From an uncultured Chloroflexia bacterium (GTDB taxonomy: Bacteria > Chloroflexota > Limnocylindria > Limnocylindrales > CSP1-4): a stretch of DNA of 64,000 bases. A program made the position numbers and the translations under genes. This document shows, in pieces, positions 53,342 to 63,528 of the stretch (position 1 is the stretch's first letter; each line of letters starts with the position of its first letter). The notes below the pieces were generated by a model. The model was not told the origin of the DNA. It saw nothing but the letters and a program-made list of their open reading frames with translations, and did not search any database. The DNA is taken from assembly GCA_963829155.1 (NCBI GenBank), contig CAWHIA010000006.1, forward strand, positions 179,161-243,160. Reading direction: 5' to 3'.

Positions 53342-54049
53342 ATGACTACGCCGCCGCTCGTCCTCGTCGCGGATGAGCCAAGGGTCACGCGACATGTCGC
53401 CGAGGCTCTGTCGGGGGAAGGGTTCCGCGTCGTCGCCGCCCATCGCGGGGAGGCCGCGCTCGCCGTCGACGACGAGCTCCGCCCCGACATCGTGCTGCTC
53501 GACCTCGCGCTGCCGGACCTCGACGGGTTCGAGGTGATGCGCCAGCTCCAGGTGCGCCGGCAGGTACCGATCGTGCTGCTCAGCGCGAAGGGCTCGACCG
53601 CCGACAAGGCGCGGGGCCTCGACCTCGGCGCCGACGACTACCTCGCCAAGCCGTTCCAGGCCGAAGAGCTCGCAGCGCGCGTGCGCGCGATCCTCCGCCG
53701 GACGTTCGACGTCATGGGCGCCCCGAGCGTGGTCGGCTTCGACGACGTGGAGATCGACCTCGCCCGGCGGCTGGTCACGCGGGGCGGCAAGCTCGTCCAC
53801 CTGTCCCGGACCGAGTGGCTCCTGCTCAGCCACCTGGCGGCCAATGCGGGCCGCGTCGTCCTCCACGGCGAGCTGCTGACCAAGGTCTGGGGCCCCGAGT
53901 ACCGCGAGGACCTCGGGTACCTGCGCGTCTGGGTGTCGCGCGTCCGCCGCAAGCTCGGCACGCCGCCCGGCCAGGCCGGCCGCATCCGGACGTTCCAGGG
54001 GATCGGCTACCTGCTCGACGTCCGCGATCCGGCGGTCCAGCCCGCCTGA
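53342..54049 (+). CDS. OmpR/KdpE-type response regulator (no kinase nearby)
   Basis: [25 protein letters not shown], winged helix LSRTEW...VWGPEY...[12 protein letters not shown]...GIGY. Confidence 0.9.
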   Translation: MTTPPLVLVADEPRVTRHVAEALSGEGFRVVAAHRGEAALAVDDELRPDIVLLDLALPDLDGFEVMRQLQVRRQVPIVLLSAKGSTADKARGLDLGADDYLAKPFQAEELAARVRAILRRTFDVMGAPSVVGFDDVEIDLARRLVTRGGKLVHLSRTEWLLLSHLAANAGRVVLHGELLTKVWGPEYREDLGYLRVWVSRVRRKLGTPPGQAGRIRTFQGIGYLLDVRDPAVQPA

Positions 54050-54215
54050 GCTCGGCTCCCGCGGCGCCCCGCCCGCCGGCCCGGCCCGCGGCGAGGCGCC
54101 GCTGGCCCTCTCGTTCCTCGTCCGCCGGACCGCCGGGCGTTCACTCCAGCGGTTGCCCCGCTGATCTGCCCTCCCGGCGACCATCGGTGACCTCGGCGGC
54201 GCAGTGCTCGCTGAG

Positions 54216-54340
54216 CGTGCACTGCAGCGGTCTTCACGCTGTCTTGCTCGCCCGGGAGCGGAACGCCGGAAAGGCGAGCGGTCTTCCGCTGTCTTGCTCG
54301 CCCTCGGAGCGCGTTGCGCCATTTGCCGCTGCAGTGCACG
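54216..54340. repeat. Nested inverted and direct repeat element
   Basis: 15-bp IR CGTGCACTGCAGCGG (54216) / CCGCTGCAGTGCACG (54326); direct repeat AGCGGTCTTC(A)CGCTGTCTTGCTCGCCC at 54226 and 54277. Confidence 0.75.
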
Positions 54341-54400
54341 GCAGGCGAGCAGCCGTCTCATGGTGAGTGGCAGTCGAACGCGTCCCGCCACACTCGCACG

Positions 54401-55055
54401 ATGCCGACTCGACAGGACCCATCCGTTGAGGGAGGCCGCCTCGCGACGCGGCTCCGCCGGGAGTTCGGTGAGGAGATCCGCAGAGCGCGCATTGCGAACG
54501 GACTGAGCCAATCTGCGGTAGGTGCCGCTGCCGGCATGTCCCGGGCACAACTGGGCAGGATCGAGCGCGCTGAGCTCTCGGACCTCGCTCTCGAGCAGGT
54601 CTGCTGCGCTGGGCTGGCGGTCGGGCTGCGTCTCGGCGCCAGGCTCTATCCGGACGGCGATGCGGTTCGCGATGCGGCGCAGCTCCGGCTACTGGAGCGG
54701 TTCCGGATGATTCTCCCGCCGGTCGTCGCATGGGCCACGGAGGTCCCGCTTCCGATCCCGGGCGATCGGCGGGCCTGGGACGCGGTGATCGGGCTGAACG
54801 GCAGGCAGGCGGGATGTGAGGCGGAGACTCGGCTGGCGGACGTCCAGACCCTCGAACGTCGCCTCGCCCTCAAGGCCCGAGACGGCGGTGTCGACGTCAT
54901 GATCCTGATCGTGGCCGACACGGCGCACAATCGCGCGGTGCTCGAGCGGGAGCGTGTGGCACTTCGGGGGTTGCTCCCGCTGGATGGTCGCGACGTCCGC
55001 CGGGCTCTCCGGCAGGGTCGGTTGCCGCAGGCCGAGCGGGCTCGTCGTGCTGTAG
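54401..55055 (+). CDS. XRE-HTH fused to a putative PD-(D/E)xK nuclease-like domain (frameshift near the end)
   Basis: EEIRRARIANGLSQSAVGAAAGMSRAQLGRIER; ATEVPL...RAWDAV...CEAETRL; ends SGLVVL* in another frame. Confidence 0.75.
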
Positions 55056-55085
55056 GCGGGACGCTCGGCGCGCTACCCTCTGGGC

Positions 55086-55691
55086 ATGTTCCGCTACCGG
55101 CCCGACGTGGCCCTGATCGTCGTCGACGTCCAGAACGACTTCGCGGATCCCGAGGGCAGCCTGCACGTCCGCGGCGGCACGGACGTGATCCCGGTGATCA
55201 ACCGGGAGATCTCGCTGGCCGTCGACGGCGGCGCGCTCGTCGTGTTGACCCAGGACTGGCATCCCGAGCACACGCCGCACTTCGCGAAGGACGGCGGGAT
55301 CTGGCCCGACCACTGCATCCAGGACACCTGGGGCGCGGCCTTCCACCCGGACCTCGACGTGCCGGCGGGCGCGCGGATCGTCCACAAGGGCGCCAACGGC
55401 GAAGACGGCTACTCCGCGTTCACGATGCGCGACCCGAGCACGGGCGAGACCATCCCGACCGAGCTCACCGGGATCCTCCGGGCGGGCGCGATCCACGACG
55501 TCGTGATCACGGGCCTGGCGACCGACTACTGCGTGAAGGCGACCGCGCTCGATGCCCGGCTGCTCGGCTTCGTGCCCACCGTCCTGACCGATGCGATCGC
55601 CGCGGTGGACATGCAGAGCGGCGATGGCCTGCGGGCGCTCGACGAATGCCAGGCCGCGGGGGTGCTGCTCCTGTCCACCCGGGCGCGCTGA
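55086..55691 (+). CDS. pncA: Nicotinamidase / pyrazinamidase (isochorismatase family)
   Basis: VDVQNDF, QDWHPEH, WPDHC, KG..YSAF, GLATDYCV. Confidence 0.9.
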   Translation: MFRYRPDVALIVVDVQNDFADPEGSLHVRGGTDVIPVINREISLAVDGGALVVLTQDWHPEHTPHFAKDGGIWPDHCIQDTWGAAFHPDLDVPAGARIVHKGANGEDGYSAFTMRDPSTGETIPTELTGILRAGAIHDVVITGLATDYCVKATALDARLLGFVPTVLTDAIAAVDMQSGDGLRALDECQAAGVLLLSTRAR

Positions 55692-55699
55692 CCGGCATC

Positions 55700-56245
55700 G
55701 TGCTGCGCCGCGTCCTCGCCCTCGCCGTCGTCGCCGTCCCAGTCGCGTGGCTGCTGGACCGGTGGCTCGCGCGTGACGACGACCCCGATGGACGACCCGC
55801 GCCGCTGGAGATGCTTGCCGTGGTGGACGCGCCGATCGACACGACGTGGGCGGTCGTCGCCGACATCCCGCGCCAGGTCGAGTGGATGCGCGAGATGAAG
55901 TCCGTCAGCGTGGACACGCCGGGCCCCGTCCGCGTCGGGACGATGGCCCGGGCGACGGTGCGGATTCTCGGCATCCCGGTCAGCGATCCCGTCGAGATCA
56001 CCGAGCTCGAGCCGCCCCGGCGGTACGCGATCCGGCACCTCGGGCTGTTCGCCGGCGACGGCCTGATCACGCTCGAGGCGGGCGCCGACGGCTCGACGAC
56101 GATCGTCCGTTGGCAGGAGCGGCTCGCGCCGCCCGTGCTGCCGGCGCTCGGGGCGGCGGTGCAGGCCCCGATCCTGCGCTCGATCTTCCAGGCCGACCTC
56201 CTCCGCCTCAAGCGCCTGGTCGAGACCGGCGCCGCGGCCGGCTGA
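55700..56245 (+). CDS. SRPBCC (polyketide cyclase-like) protein
   Basis: VDAPIDTTWAVVADIPRQVEW...ITELEPPRR...DLLRLKRLVE. Confidence 0.8.
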   Translation: MLRRVLALAVVAVPVAWLLDRWLARDDDPDGRPAPLEMLAVVDAPIDTTWAVVADIPRQVEWMREMKSVSVDTPGPVRVGTMARATVRILGIPVSDPVEITELEPPRRYAIRHLGLFAGDGLITLEAGADGSTTIVRWQERLAPPVLPALGAAVQAPILRSIFQADLLRLKRLVETGAAAG

Positions 56246-56283
56246 GGCCAGGGCAGACGACGACCGAGGAGCCAACGACGACG

Positions 56284-57174
56284 ATGCAGGTCCACCTCGT
56301 CGACGCGACCTACGAGCTGTTCCGGGCGCACTTCGCGCCGCGACCGCCCGTGCTGGGCCGGGACGATAGGCCGCTGTCGGGCGTCAGCGGCCTCGTCGAG
56401 CAGCTGCTGTTCCTGCTGCGCGAGCAGGGCGCGACGCACGTGGGCTGCGCGACCGACCGCGTGATCCGCTCGTTCCGCAACGAGCTCTTCGCCGGGTACA
56501 AGACCGAGGCCGGGATGCCGCCCGAGCTGCTCGACCAGTTCCCGATCGCCGAGCAGGCGATCGAGGCCATGGGGCTCGTGCTGTGGTCGATGCTCGAGTT
56601 CGAGGCGGATGACGCGATCGGAGCCGCGGCCGTCCGGTTCGCCGCGGATCCGCGCGTCGAGCGGGTCGTGATCTGCACCCCGGACAAGGACATGGCCCAA
56701 CTGGTGGTCGACGAGCGGGTCGTGCTGTGGGACCGGCGTCGCGACCTGACCTACGACGACGCGGGCGTGCGCGCAAAGTGGGGCGTGGCGCCGGAGAGCA
56801 TCCCCGACCGCCTGGCGCTGGTCGGCGACGCCGCCGACGGCTACCCGGGGCTCCCCGGCTGGGGTGACAAGTCGGCAGCCGCAGTGCTGGCGAAGTACGG
56901 CCACTTCGAGTCGATCCCGGCCAATGGCAGCGCCTGGGACATCCCGGGCCTGCGCAACCCGGTCGGGCTTGCCACGACGCTGCGCGATCACCAGGCCGAG
57001 GCGATGCTCTATCGCGACCTGGCCCGGCTGCGGACGACCGCCGATGGGGTGCCGATCCCCCAGCAAGACGTCGAGGAGCTCGAGTGGCGCGGGGCCGACC
57101 GCGCCGCCTGGGAGGCGTTCTGCGACGAGTGGGGGCTCGCGCGGCTGCGCGGCCGACCCCACCGCTGGGCTTAG
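56284..57174 (+). CDS. Stand-alone 5'-3' exonuclease / flap endonuclease
   Basis: LVDATYELFR, FRNELFAGYK, FEADD, DKD, LVGDAADGYPGLPGWGDKSA (H3TH). Confidence 0.9.
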   Translation: MQVHLVDATYELFRAHFAPRPPVLGRDDRPLSGVSGLVEQLLFLLREQGATHVGCATDRVIRSFRNELFAGYKTEAGMPPELLDQFPIAEQAIEAMGLVLWSMLEFEADDAIGAAAVRFAADPRVERVVICTPDKDMAQLVVDERVVLWDRRRDLTYDDAGVRAKWGVAPESIPDRLALVGDAADGYPGLPGWGDKSAAAVLAKYGHFESIPANGSAWDIPGLRNPVGLATTLRDHQAEAMLYRDLARLRTTADGVPIPQQDVEELEWRGADRAAWEAFCDEWGLARLRGRPHRWA

Positions 57175-57851
57175 CTGCCCCCGAACATCCCCTTGATCCG
57201 GGCCCACAGGCCCGGCTTCGCGGGCGCGGCCGACGAGGCCGGCGCGGCCGACTTCGCCGGTGCCGCAGCGGCAGCAGGCCTCGCCGCGGGTGCAGCGGGC
57301 GTCGGCGCCGGAGCGACAGTCGGGGCAGGTGCGGGCGCGTGCTCATGCCCGTGCCCGTGGTCGTGCTCGTGGGCCGCGGCCGGGGCCGAGGCGGCCGCTG
57401 CGACGGGCGCCGCAGGCACGGCCGACGTGGGTTCCGGCGTCCCGCCGCCGTGGGAGACGGCCTTGTCCATCGCCTTCGCCTGCTCGATCCATCCGGTCAC
57501 CGTCGTCTCCGACGGGACGCGGCGGATCCAGTTCGGGCGCGCCGCGTCGATCTCCTGGAACGTCGTGGCGAGGTTGGCCGCGTTGCGATGGGCGAGCTCG
57601 GCCGGCGAGTCGACGCCGGCGGCTTCCAGCAGGTCCGCATACTCCGATCCGACCCCGTCGATTCGCATCAGGTCGGCGTGGTTGACCCACTCCAGGATCA
57701 GCTTCCCGGAGATCCCCGTCGCGGACTCGATCCCGGTGCGCCCGCGCGGCGTCGCGCCCCGCTCGAGGAGCTCGTCCGTCGTGTAGATGCCGGCATCCGC
57801 CAGCTTCTGTCGGTGTTCGGGCCCGATGCCCTCGACCTCGGTGATGTTCAT
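57171..57851 (-). CDS. DUF4332 (HhH-repeat) protein with Ala/Pro/His-rich tail
   Basis: ITEVEGIGP, ADLMRIDGVGSEYADLLEAAGVDS..ELAHRN, WIEQAK; tail HEHDHGHGHEH. Confidence 0.85.
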   Translation of the reverse strand: MNITEVEGIGPEHRQKLADAGIYTTDELLERGATPRGRTGIESATGISGKLILEWVNHADLMRIDGVGSEYADLLEAAGVDSPAELAHRNAANLATTFQEIDAARPNWIRRVPSETTVTGWIEQAKAMDKAVSHGGGTPEPTSAVPAAPVAAAASAPAAAHEHDHGHGHEHAPAPAPTVAPAPTPAAPAARPAAAAAPAKSAAPASSAAPAKPGLWARIKGMFGGS

Positions 57852-57974
57852 CCCGGCCTCCCGATGGACCCCGATGGGCGGCGCGGACACCGCCCGACCC
57901 CGTGCCCCGAGTCTACTGCCGCCCGCATCACGAGCGGGGTGCCGGCGACGCTCGGCCGCGGTGCCGGCGACGCC

Positions 57975-58805
57975 TCAGCCCGGCTCGCGTGCGATCCGCA
58001 GGAGCTCGGCATAGTGCTGCGGCGGGGCGGCGATCATGCCGAAGGTCCGCGTCGCGCGCTCGACGTCGAACCACGGCCCGCCTGCCATCCCGGTGACCGT
58101 GGCCCCGGCACGCTCGACGATCAGCCCGGCCGCGGCGACGTCCCACGCCGACATCCCCCCGGACTGGATGAAGGCATCGAAGCGCCCGTTGGCGACGTAG
58201 GCCAGGGCGAGCGCCGCCGAGCCCATGTTGCGGGACACGCGGATCGCCTTCCGGATCGCGCGGACCCGCGTCGCGACGGCCCGCCCGCCGAGCGCGAGCG
58301 ACACGACGCAGTCGCCCAGCTTGTCCTTGTCGGACGCATGGACCGTCGCGCGCCCGAGCACGGCCGGCCCGTCGATGTCAGACGCGAACGTCTCGCCGCG
58401 CATCGGGTCGTGGATCACGCCGACCGACGGGACGCCGTCCACGACCAGGCCCACCGACACGCAGAAAAACGGGATGCCGTTCGCGTAGTTGATGGTGCCG
58501 TCGAGGGGGTCGATGACCCAGGTGCGCCCGACGGCGAGGCTGCCGGCCCCATCGGCCCCCGGCTTCCGGTGCGCCCCGGACTCCTCGGCGAGGATCCCGT
58601 CGCCCGGGAACCGCGCCCGGATCGCCTCGATGACCAGCGCCTCGGACAGGTGGTCGACCTCGGTCACGACGTCCCGCGCCGACTTGTAGTCGACCTGCTC
58701 CACCCGCTCGTAGCGCTCGAACAGGATCCGTCCCGCGCGCTCGGCGATCTCCCTCGCGAACTCGAGGTCGGCCGCAAACGGGCTCGCGACCGCCTCGGTC
58801 GTCAC
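57975..58805 (-). CDS. Inositol monophosphatase family (SuhB-like)
   Basis: VVTEVD, ILAEE, WVIDPLDGTINY, GSAAL, WDVAAAGLIV. Confidence 0.9.
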   Translation of the reverse strand: MTTEAVASPFAADLEFAREIAERAGRILFERYERVEQVDYKSARDVVTEVDHLSEALVIEAIRARFPGDGILAEESGAHRKPGADGAGSLAVGRTWVIDPLDGTINYANGIPFFCVSVGLVVDGVPSVGVIHDPMRGETFASDIDGPAVLGRATVHASDKDKLGDCVVSLALGGRAVATRVRAIRKAIRVSRNMGSAALALAYVANGRFDAFIQSGGMSAWDVAAAGLIVERAGATVTGMAGGPWFDVERATRTFGMIAAPPQHYAELLRIAREPG

Positions 58806-59297
58806 GGCGCGCAGTCGACGTTGAGGGTCCTCGGCGTCGTCCCGAGGCTGGTCACGACGGCGTCGAACGTCATCGTCGCCCCGGGCTGGACGATCGGGCT
58901 CTGGACGAACGCCGTCTCCGGCCCGATCCCGCGCAGCTCCGGGTCGCCGATGCGACAGGTCGTCGCGCCGGCGTTCGATCCGGCGTTGGTGATCGAGATC
59001 GTCACCCGTAGCCCGGCGGGGTCGGCGCCCACGGAGACCAGGCTCGACGTCCATGGCCCGATGCCGGCCACCGCGATCCGGGCGATGACGGCGAGGATGA
59101 CGACGGCGACCGCGACGCCGAGGATCGCGGTGCCATGGGCCTGCGAGGCGGCCGGGAGCCTTGAGGCCCAGCGGGTTGCACCGCTCGCACATCGACTCCG
59201 AGATCGGGATCCTGGCGCCGCACCGGACGCATCCGTGCATCGGCTCCGAGGGGGCCGGCGCGGCGGCGGGCGTCGGGGTGGTCGGCATCGAGGTCAT
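58802..59297 (-). CDS. Zn-ribbon + TM + small extracellular domain protein (frameshift ~59150)
   Basis: CVRCG...CERC, then in another frame ASQAHGTAILGVAVAVVIL...VTISITNAG...C...DCAP*. Confidence 0.65.
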
Positions 59298-60157
59298 CCG
59301 GTCGGCCGCGGCAGCCCCGTCTCGAAGATCCGGATGTCGTCGGCGCCTGCGGCATGCCCGTCGCCGCGCGTGTGCGCCAGCATGTCGCGGGCGCCCAGCG
59401 TGTCGAGGTCGGCCGGGAATCGCCCGACCATGTCCAGGACCACGGCGCGGATGCGCTCCGCGTTCTGCTCGAACACCGCGAGCACGTCGTGGGCGGTCAC
59501 GGCCTCGGTGCCCTCGAGCACCCCGGCGTCGTAGTCGGTGATCAGGGCGATGTTGACGACGGCCATCCCGAGCTCGCGACACAGGTAGGCCTCGGGGTAC
59601 TGGGTCATGTTGATGACCTGCCAGCCGGCGTCGCTGAACCACTTCGACTCGGCCTTGGTCGAGAAGCGCGGCCCCTGGATCACGACGACGGTCCCGCCGT
59701 CGTGGGCGGTGATGCCGTGCTCGCGGATGACGTCGAGGGCGATCCCGCGCAGGGTCGGGTCGTAGGTCTCGGCCGACGAGACGTGGGACACGATCGGGCC
59801 GTCGAAGAACGTGTCCTCGCGGCCGGTCGTGCGGTCGACGAACTGGTCGCTGACGACGAAGTGCCCCGGCTCGACGGCCAGCTGGAGCGACCCGGCGGCG
59901 CACGGGCTGATGACGGCCTTCACGCCCAGCGAGCGCATCGCCCAGACGTTCGCCCGGTAGTTGATCCGGTGCGGCGGGATGGTGTGGCGACGGCCGTGGC
60001 GCGGGAGGAACGCCACCCGCCGGCCCGCGATGGTCGCCAGGAAGACGCTGTCGGACGGCGGTCCATACGGCGTGTCGACCTTCGCCTCGCGGACGTCCTC
60101 GAGGAGCGTGTAGAACCCCGATCCGCCGAAGACGCCGATCTCCGCGAGATCCGCCAC
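59294..60157 (-). CDS. mtnP: S-methyl-5'-thioadenosine phosphorylase
   Basis: AAGGAGG RBS; IGVFGGSG, PRHG, INYRAN, GPRFSTKAES, INMT..PEA, TDYD. Confidence 0.9.
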   Translation of the reverse strand: MADLAEIGVFGGSGFYTLLEDVREAKVDTPYGPPSDSVFLATIAGRRVAFLPRHGRRHTIPPHRINYRANVWAMRSLGVKAVISPCAAGSLQLAVEPGHFVVSDQFVDRTTGREDTFFDGPIVSHVSSAETYDPTLRGIALDVIREHGITAHDGGTVVVIQGPRFSTKAESKWFSDAGWQVINMTQYPEAYLCRELGMAVVNIALITDYDAGVLEGTEAVTAHDVLAVFEQNAERIRAVVLDMVGRFPADLDTLGARDMLAHTRGDGHAAGADDIRIFETGLPRPTG

Positions 60158-60219
60158 CAACCACCTCCTTCGATGCCGTCGCATTCTCGCATGGGCCGCC
60201 CGGACCTAGGATGGCGGGC

Positions 60220-60884
60220 ATGACCGACGAGACCGCGACCCCGACCGCGACGGACCGACTGGACCTGGCCGACTGGCGCCGCCGCGTGGCCGAGCTGTAC
60301 GCCGAGGTGCGGGCAACCGCCGCGACCGACCCGGCCGCCGCCCGGGCGACCTGGGCCGCCGAGCGCGAGGCGCTCTACCGGGACCATCCGTCGTCGCCGG
60401 TCCTGCTGTCGGAGCGGGCGACGTTCCGGGCGCGGCACTGGCCGTACGACGACCGGTTGCGGTTCGAGGTCGCCGTCGAGCCCTCGCCGCCCGGTGTCCG
60501 GGCTCGGCGGCCTCGCCGGTCTCGACCTCCCCAACAGCGGCGCCGACGTCCTCGCCTTCGACCGGGTCGGTGTCAGTCAGGCTGCCGCTCCCGGACGGCG
60601 AGGCGTCGCTGTCGCTGTTCTGGATGCGCGGCTACACGGGCGGCCTGTTCCTGCCGTTCCGCGATGCGACCAGCGGCGGCGAGACCTACGGCGCCGGCCG
60701 CTACATCCTCGACACCGGCAAGGGCGCGGACCTCGGCAGCGACCCGGCCGCCGGCACGATCGTCGTCGACCTCAACTTCTCGTTCCAGCCCTCGTGCGCG
60801 TTCGATCCCAAGTGGGCCTGCCCGTTGGCCCCGCCCGAGAACCGCCTGGCCGCGCGGATCGAGGCCGGCGAGCGGCTGCGCTGA
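60220..60884 (+). CDS. DUF1684 family protein (frameshifted)
   Basis: LADWRRRVAELY...HPSSP; LFLPFRDATSGGETYGAGRYI, DLNFSFQPSCAFDPKWACPLAPPEN. Confidence 0.85.
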
Positions 60885-60891
60885 TCCGAGC

Positions 60892-62061
60892 TCAGTCGCC
60901 CCGGGCCCGGTCGATCCGGGCTCCGTCGATCCGCACCCGCTCCAGCGCGAACGCCACGGCGCACAGGGCGATCACGAGCGGCCAGCCGGCGACGACGCCC
61001 AGCGTGTCGGCGACGGCGCCGAGCAGCAAGGGCATCGCCAGGATCGCGACGCCCGACGCGAGCGTGAGCCGAGCGCCGGCGGCCAACGCGCCGTCGCCCG
61101 CCCGGTCGAGGGCCGTCGCGAGCCCCTGCGGGTAGAGCGACGCGGTCCCGAGGCCCGCGACGAACAGTCCGATGACGCTCACGACGGGTGTCGTGGCCAG
61201 CCACGCGATCACCCCGCCGATGGCCGCGAGCGCGAGCGCGGCGTCCACCCAGTGCCGCCACCGGCCGCTGCCGATGAGGCCGGCGCCGAGAGCGATCCGC
61301 CCGACGAGCATCCCGCCGAGGAAGCAGGTCGCGAGCGCCGTCGCCGTCTCCCGCGACACGCCGGTCCTGGCCGCGACCAGCGTCGAGCCCCAGACGACAT
61401 AGGCGAACTCGATCGACACCGCCGCCACCACGAACAGCCACGCGATCCAGAACGAACGCGGCAACGACCGCGCGCCCGATGGCGACGCGCGGCGGCCGCC
61501 GCCGGGAAGCCCACCGGCGACCTCGAGGGCGACGGCGGCGACGAGGGGCACGAGGAGCGCCGACTGCCAGCCCAGCGACGACGATGCGAGGCCCGCGATC
61601 AGCAGCGGCGCGATCAGCGCGGACAGCAGCGCCCACGTGTTCGCCCGCGCGAACCGCGTCTCCGCCAGCGCGCCACCCGGGCTGCCGAGCACGATGTTGA
61701 GCGCGGCGAGCATGACGCCCGCCCCGAGGCCGATCGCGAACGCGCCCGCCAGGGTGACCGGGAGGACGCCGCCGAGCATGACCGCCACGCCGCCGGCGAC
61801 CACGAGCGCCGCGGCGGCGATGCCCGCCCGCCGGCGGCCGAGACGGCGTTCGACCGCGTCGGCCGACGAGCCGGCGACCATCAGCCCGACCGCGAGCACG
61901 GAGGCATGCAGCGCGGCCTCGGCCGCGGACAGGTGGAGGGCGTCGCGGAGGTACGGCGTCAGCGCGCCGATCGCGTACAGCAGGAAGCCGACCACGCACA
62001 GGTACGCGTACGCGAACCACGTCACCCGGCGCCCGCTGAGCATGGCGGGCGTCGACTGCAT
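60892..62061 (-). CDS. MFS transporter
   Basis: About 12 TMs from MQSTPAMLSGRR; SIEFAYVVW, GTASLYP, GAVADTLG. Confidence 0.85.
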   Translation of the reverse strand: MQSTPAMLSGRRVTWFAYAYLCVVGFLLYAIGALTPYLRDALHLSAAEAALHASVLAVGLMVAGSSADAVERRLGRRRAGIAAAALVVAGGVAVMLGGVLPVTLAGAFAIGLGAGVMLAALNIVLGSPGGALAETRFARANTWALLSALIAPLLIAGLASSSLGWQSALLVPLVAAVALEVAGGLPGGGRRASPSGARSLPRSFWIAWLFVVAAVSIEFAYVVWGSTLVAARTGVSRETATALATCFLGGMLVGRIALGAGLIGSGRWRHWVDAALALAAIGGVIAWLATTPVVSVIGLFVAGLGTASLYPQGLATALDRAGDGALAAGARLTLASGVAILAMPLLLGAVADTLGVVAGWPLVIALCAVAFALERVRIDGARIDRARGD

Positions 62062-62160
62062 GGCCGAGATCGTAGCGTCGGGGCAGCGGGCGGAAGCGGT
62101 CGAGCGCACCAGCGGCCGGCGGCCGCCCGAGCGGCGCGTCCTCCGACATACCATGGGCCG

Positions 62161-62592
62161 ATGTCCGCCACGACCCCGGTCCTGTCCGACGCGATCCGCG
62201 CCTTCCTCGAGGGGCCGTTGGTCGCCTCGGTCGCGACCACGGACGACGACGGGTCGCCGCGCCAGGCGGTCGTCTGGTACCGCCTCGAGCCCGACGGCCG
62301 GATCCTGCTCAACTCGCGTACGCCCCGCCGCTGGTGCGCGAACCTGGTCCGGGATCCGCGCCTCGCGATCTCCGTCATCGACGCCGCGGACGCGTACCGG
62401 TGGGTCGGCCTGACCGCCGTCGTCGAGGAGGTCGTCGACGACGTCGAACGCGCGCGGGACGACATCGTCGCCCTCGCCCATCGATATCGCCCGGAGGGGC
62501 CGACGGCCGCCTCGATCGCCGCATTCCGATCGCAGCCCAGGGTCACCTTCGTCGCCCGCATCACGGGCGTCCACGACCATCTCGAGGACTGA
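62161..62592 (+). CDS. PPOX-class (split beta-barrel) probable F420-dependent oxidoreductase
   Basis: ASVATTDDDGSPRQAVVWY, NLVRDPRLAISV. Confidence 0.85.
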   Translation: MSATTPVLSDAIRAFLEGPLVASVATTDDDGSPRQAVVWYRLEPDGRILLNSRTPRRWCANLVRDPRLAISVIDAADAYRWVGLTAVVEEVVDDVERARDDIVALAHRYRPEGPTAASIAAFRSQPRVTFVARITGVHDHLED

Positions 62593-62595
62593 GGC

Positions 62596-63528
62596 GTGCC
62601 CTCGACCAAGGTCGGCTTCCTGCTGTGGCCGCAGACGGCGAGCTGGCCGGAGATCCGCGACGCGGCGGCGCTCGCCGACCGCTCCGGTGCCACGTCGCTC
62701 TGGACGTGGGACCACCTGAACTCGATCGTCGGGCCATGGGAAGGCCCGATCCTCGAGGGCTGGTCGGTCCTCTCGGGCTGGTCGCAGGTCACCGAGCGGG
62801 CCACGCTCGGGCTGATGGTCGCCGCCAACACGTTCCGCAATCCGGGCCTGACGGCGAAGCTGGCCACGACGCTCGACCACCTGTCGGGCGGCCGCGCGGT
62901 GCTCGGGCTCGGCGGCGCGTGGTTCGAACGCGAGCACGACGCCTACGGGATCGACTTCGGCAGCGGCTTCGGCGAGCGGCTCGACCGGCTCGACGAGGCC
63001 GTGATGCTGGTGCGCCGGCTGCTCGACGGCGAGCTGGTCACGCACGACGGGCCGATCTACCCGATGCACGACGCGCTGGTGACGCCGCGGCCGGTGCAGG
63101 TGCGGCTGCCGATCATGATCGGCGGATCGGGGCCGAAGAAGACGCTGCGGACGCTGGCCCGGTACGGCGATCAGTGGAACTCGATGGGCACGGTCGACAA
63201 GCTCGCGCAGCGCGACGCAATCCTGCGCGAGCATTGCGCCGCGATCGGGCGCGACGACGCGGAGATCGAGCGGACGACCACGCTCGACATCGTCATCCGC
63301 GACACGCACGAGGCCGGGCTCGCCTACTACCGGGCGCAGCTCGCCGCCGACGGGGAGGAGTTCGACCCGGACTGGAACTACTTCGTCGGGCCGCCGGCCG
63401 AGATCGCCGAGGGCCTCCAGCCGATCCTCGAGCTCGGATTCCGTCACCTCCTGATCGACATGCCGGCGCCGTACGACCTCGAGACCATCGGACGCATCGG
63501 CGAGCTCGTCGAGCTCCTCAACGCGTGA
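62596..63528 (+). CDS. LLM-class probable F420-dependent oxidoreductase
   Basis: SLWTWDHL, ANTFRNPGLTAKLATTLDHLSGGRAVLGLGGAW, PIMIGGSG. Confidence 0.88.
   Translation: MPSTKVGFLLWPQTASWPEIRDAAALADRSGATSLWTWDHLNSIVGPWEGPILEGWSVLSGWSQVTERATLGLMVAANTFRNPGLTAKLATTLDHLSGGRAVLGLGGAWFEREHDAYGIDFGSGFGERLDRLDEAVMLVRRLLDGELVTHDGPIYPMHDALVTPRPVQVRLPIMIGGSGPKKTLRTLARYGDQWNSMGTVDKLAQRDAILREHCAAIGRDDAEIERTTTLDIVIRDTHEAGLAYYRAQLAADGEEFDPDWNYFVGPPAEIAEGLQPILELGFRHLLIDMPAPYDLETIGRIGELVELLNA

Noticed and set aside
54314-56245. 643-aa HTH-SRPBCC fusion
   Set aside because: Read-through caused by an indel near 55033; intact pncA occupies the middle in another frame.
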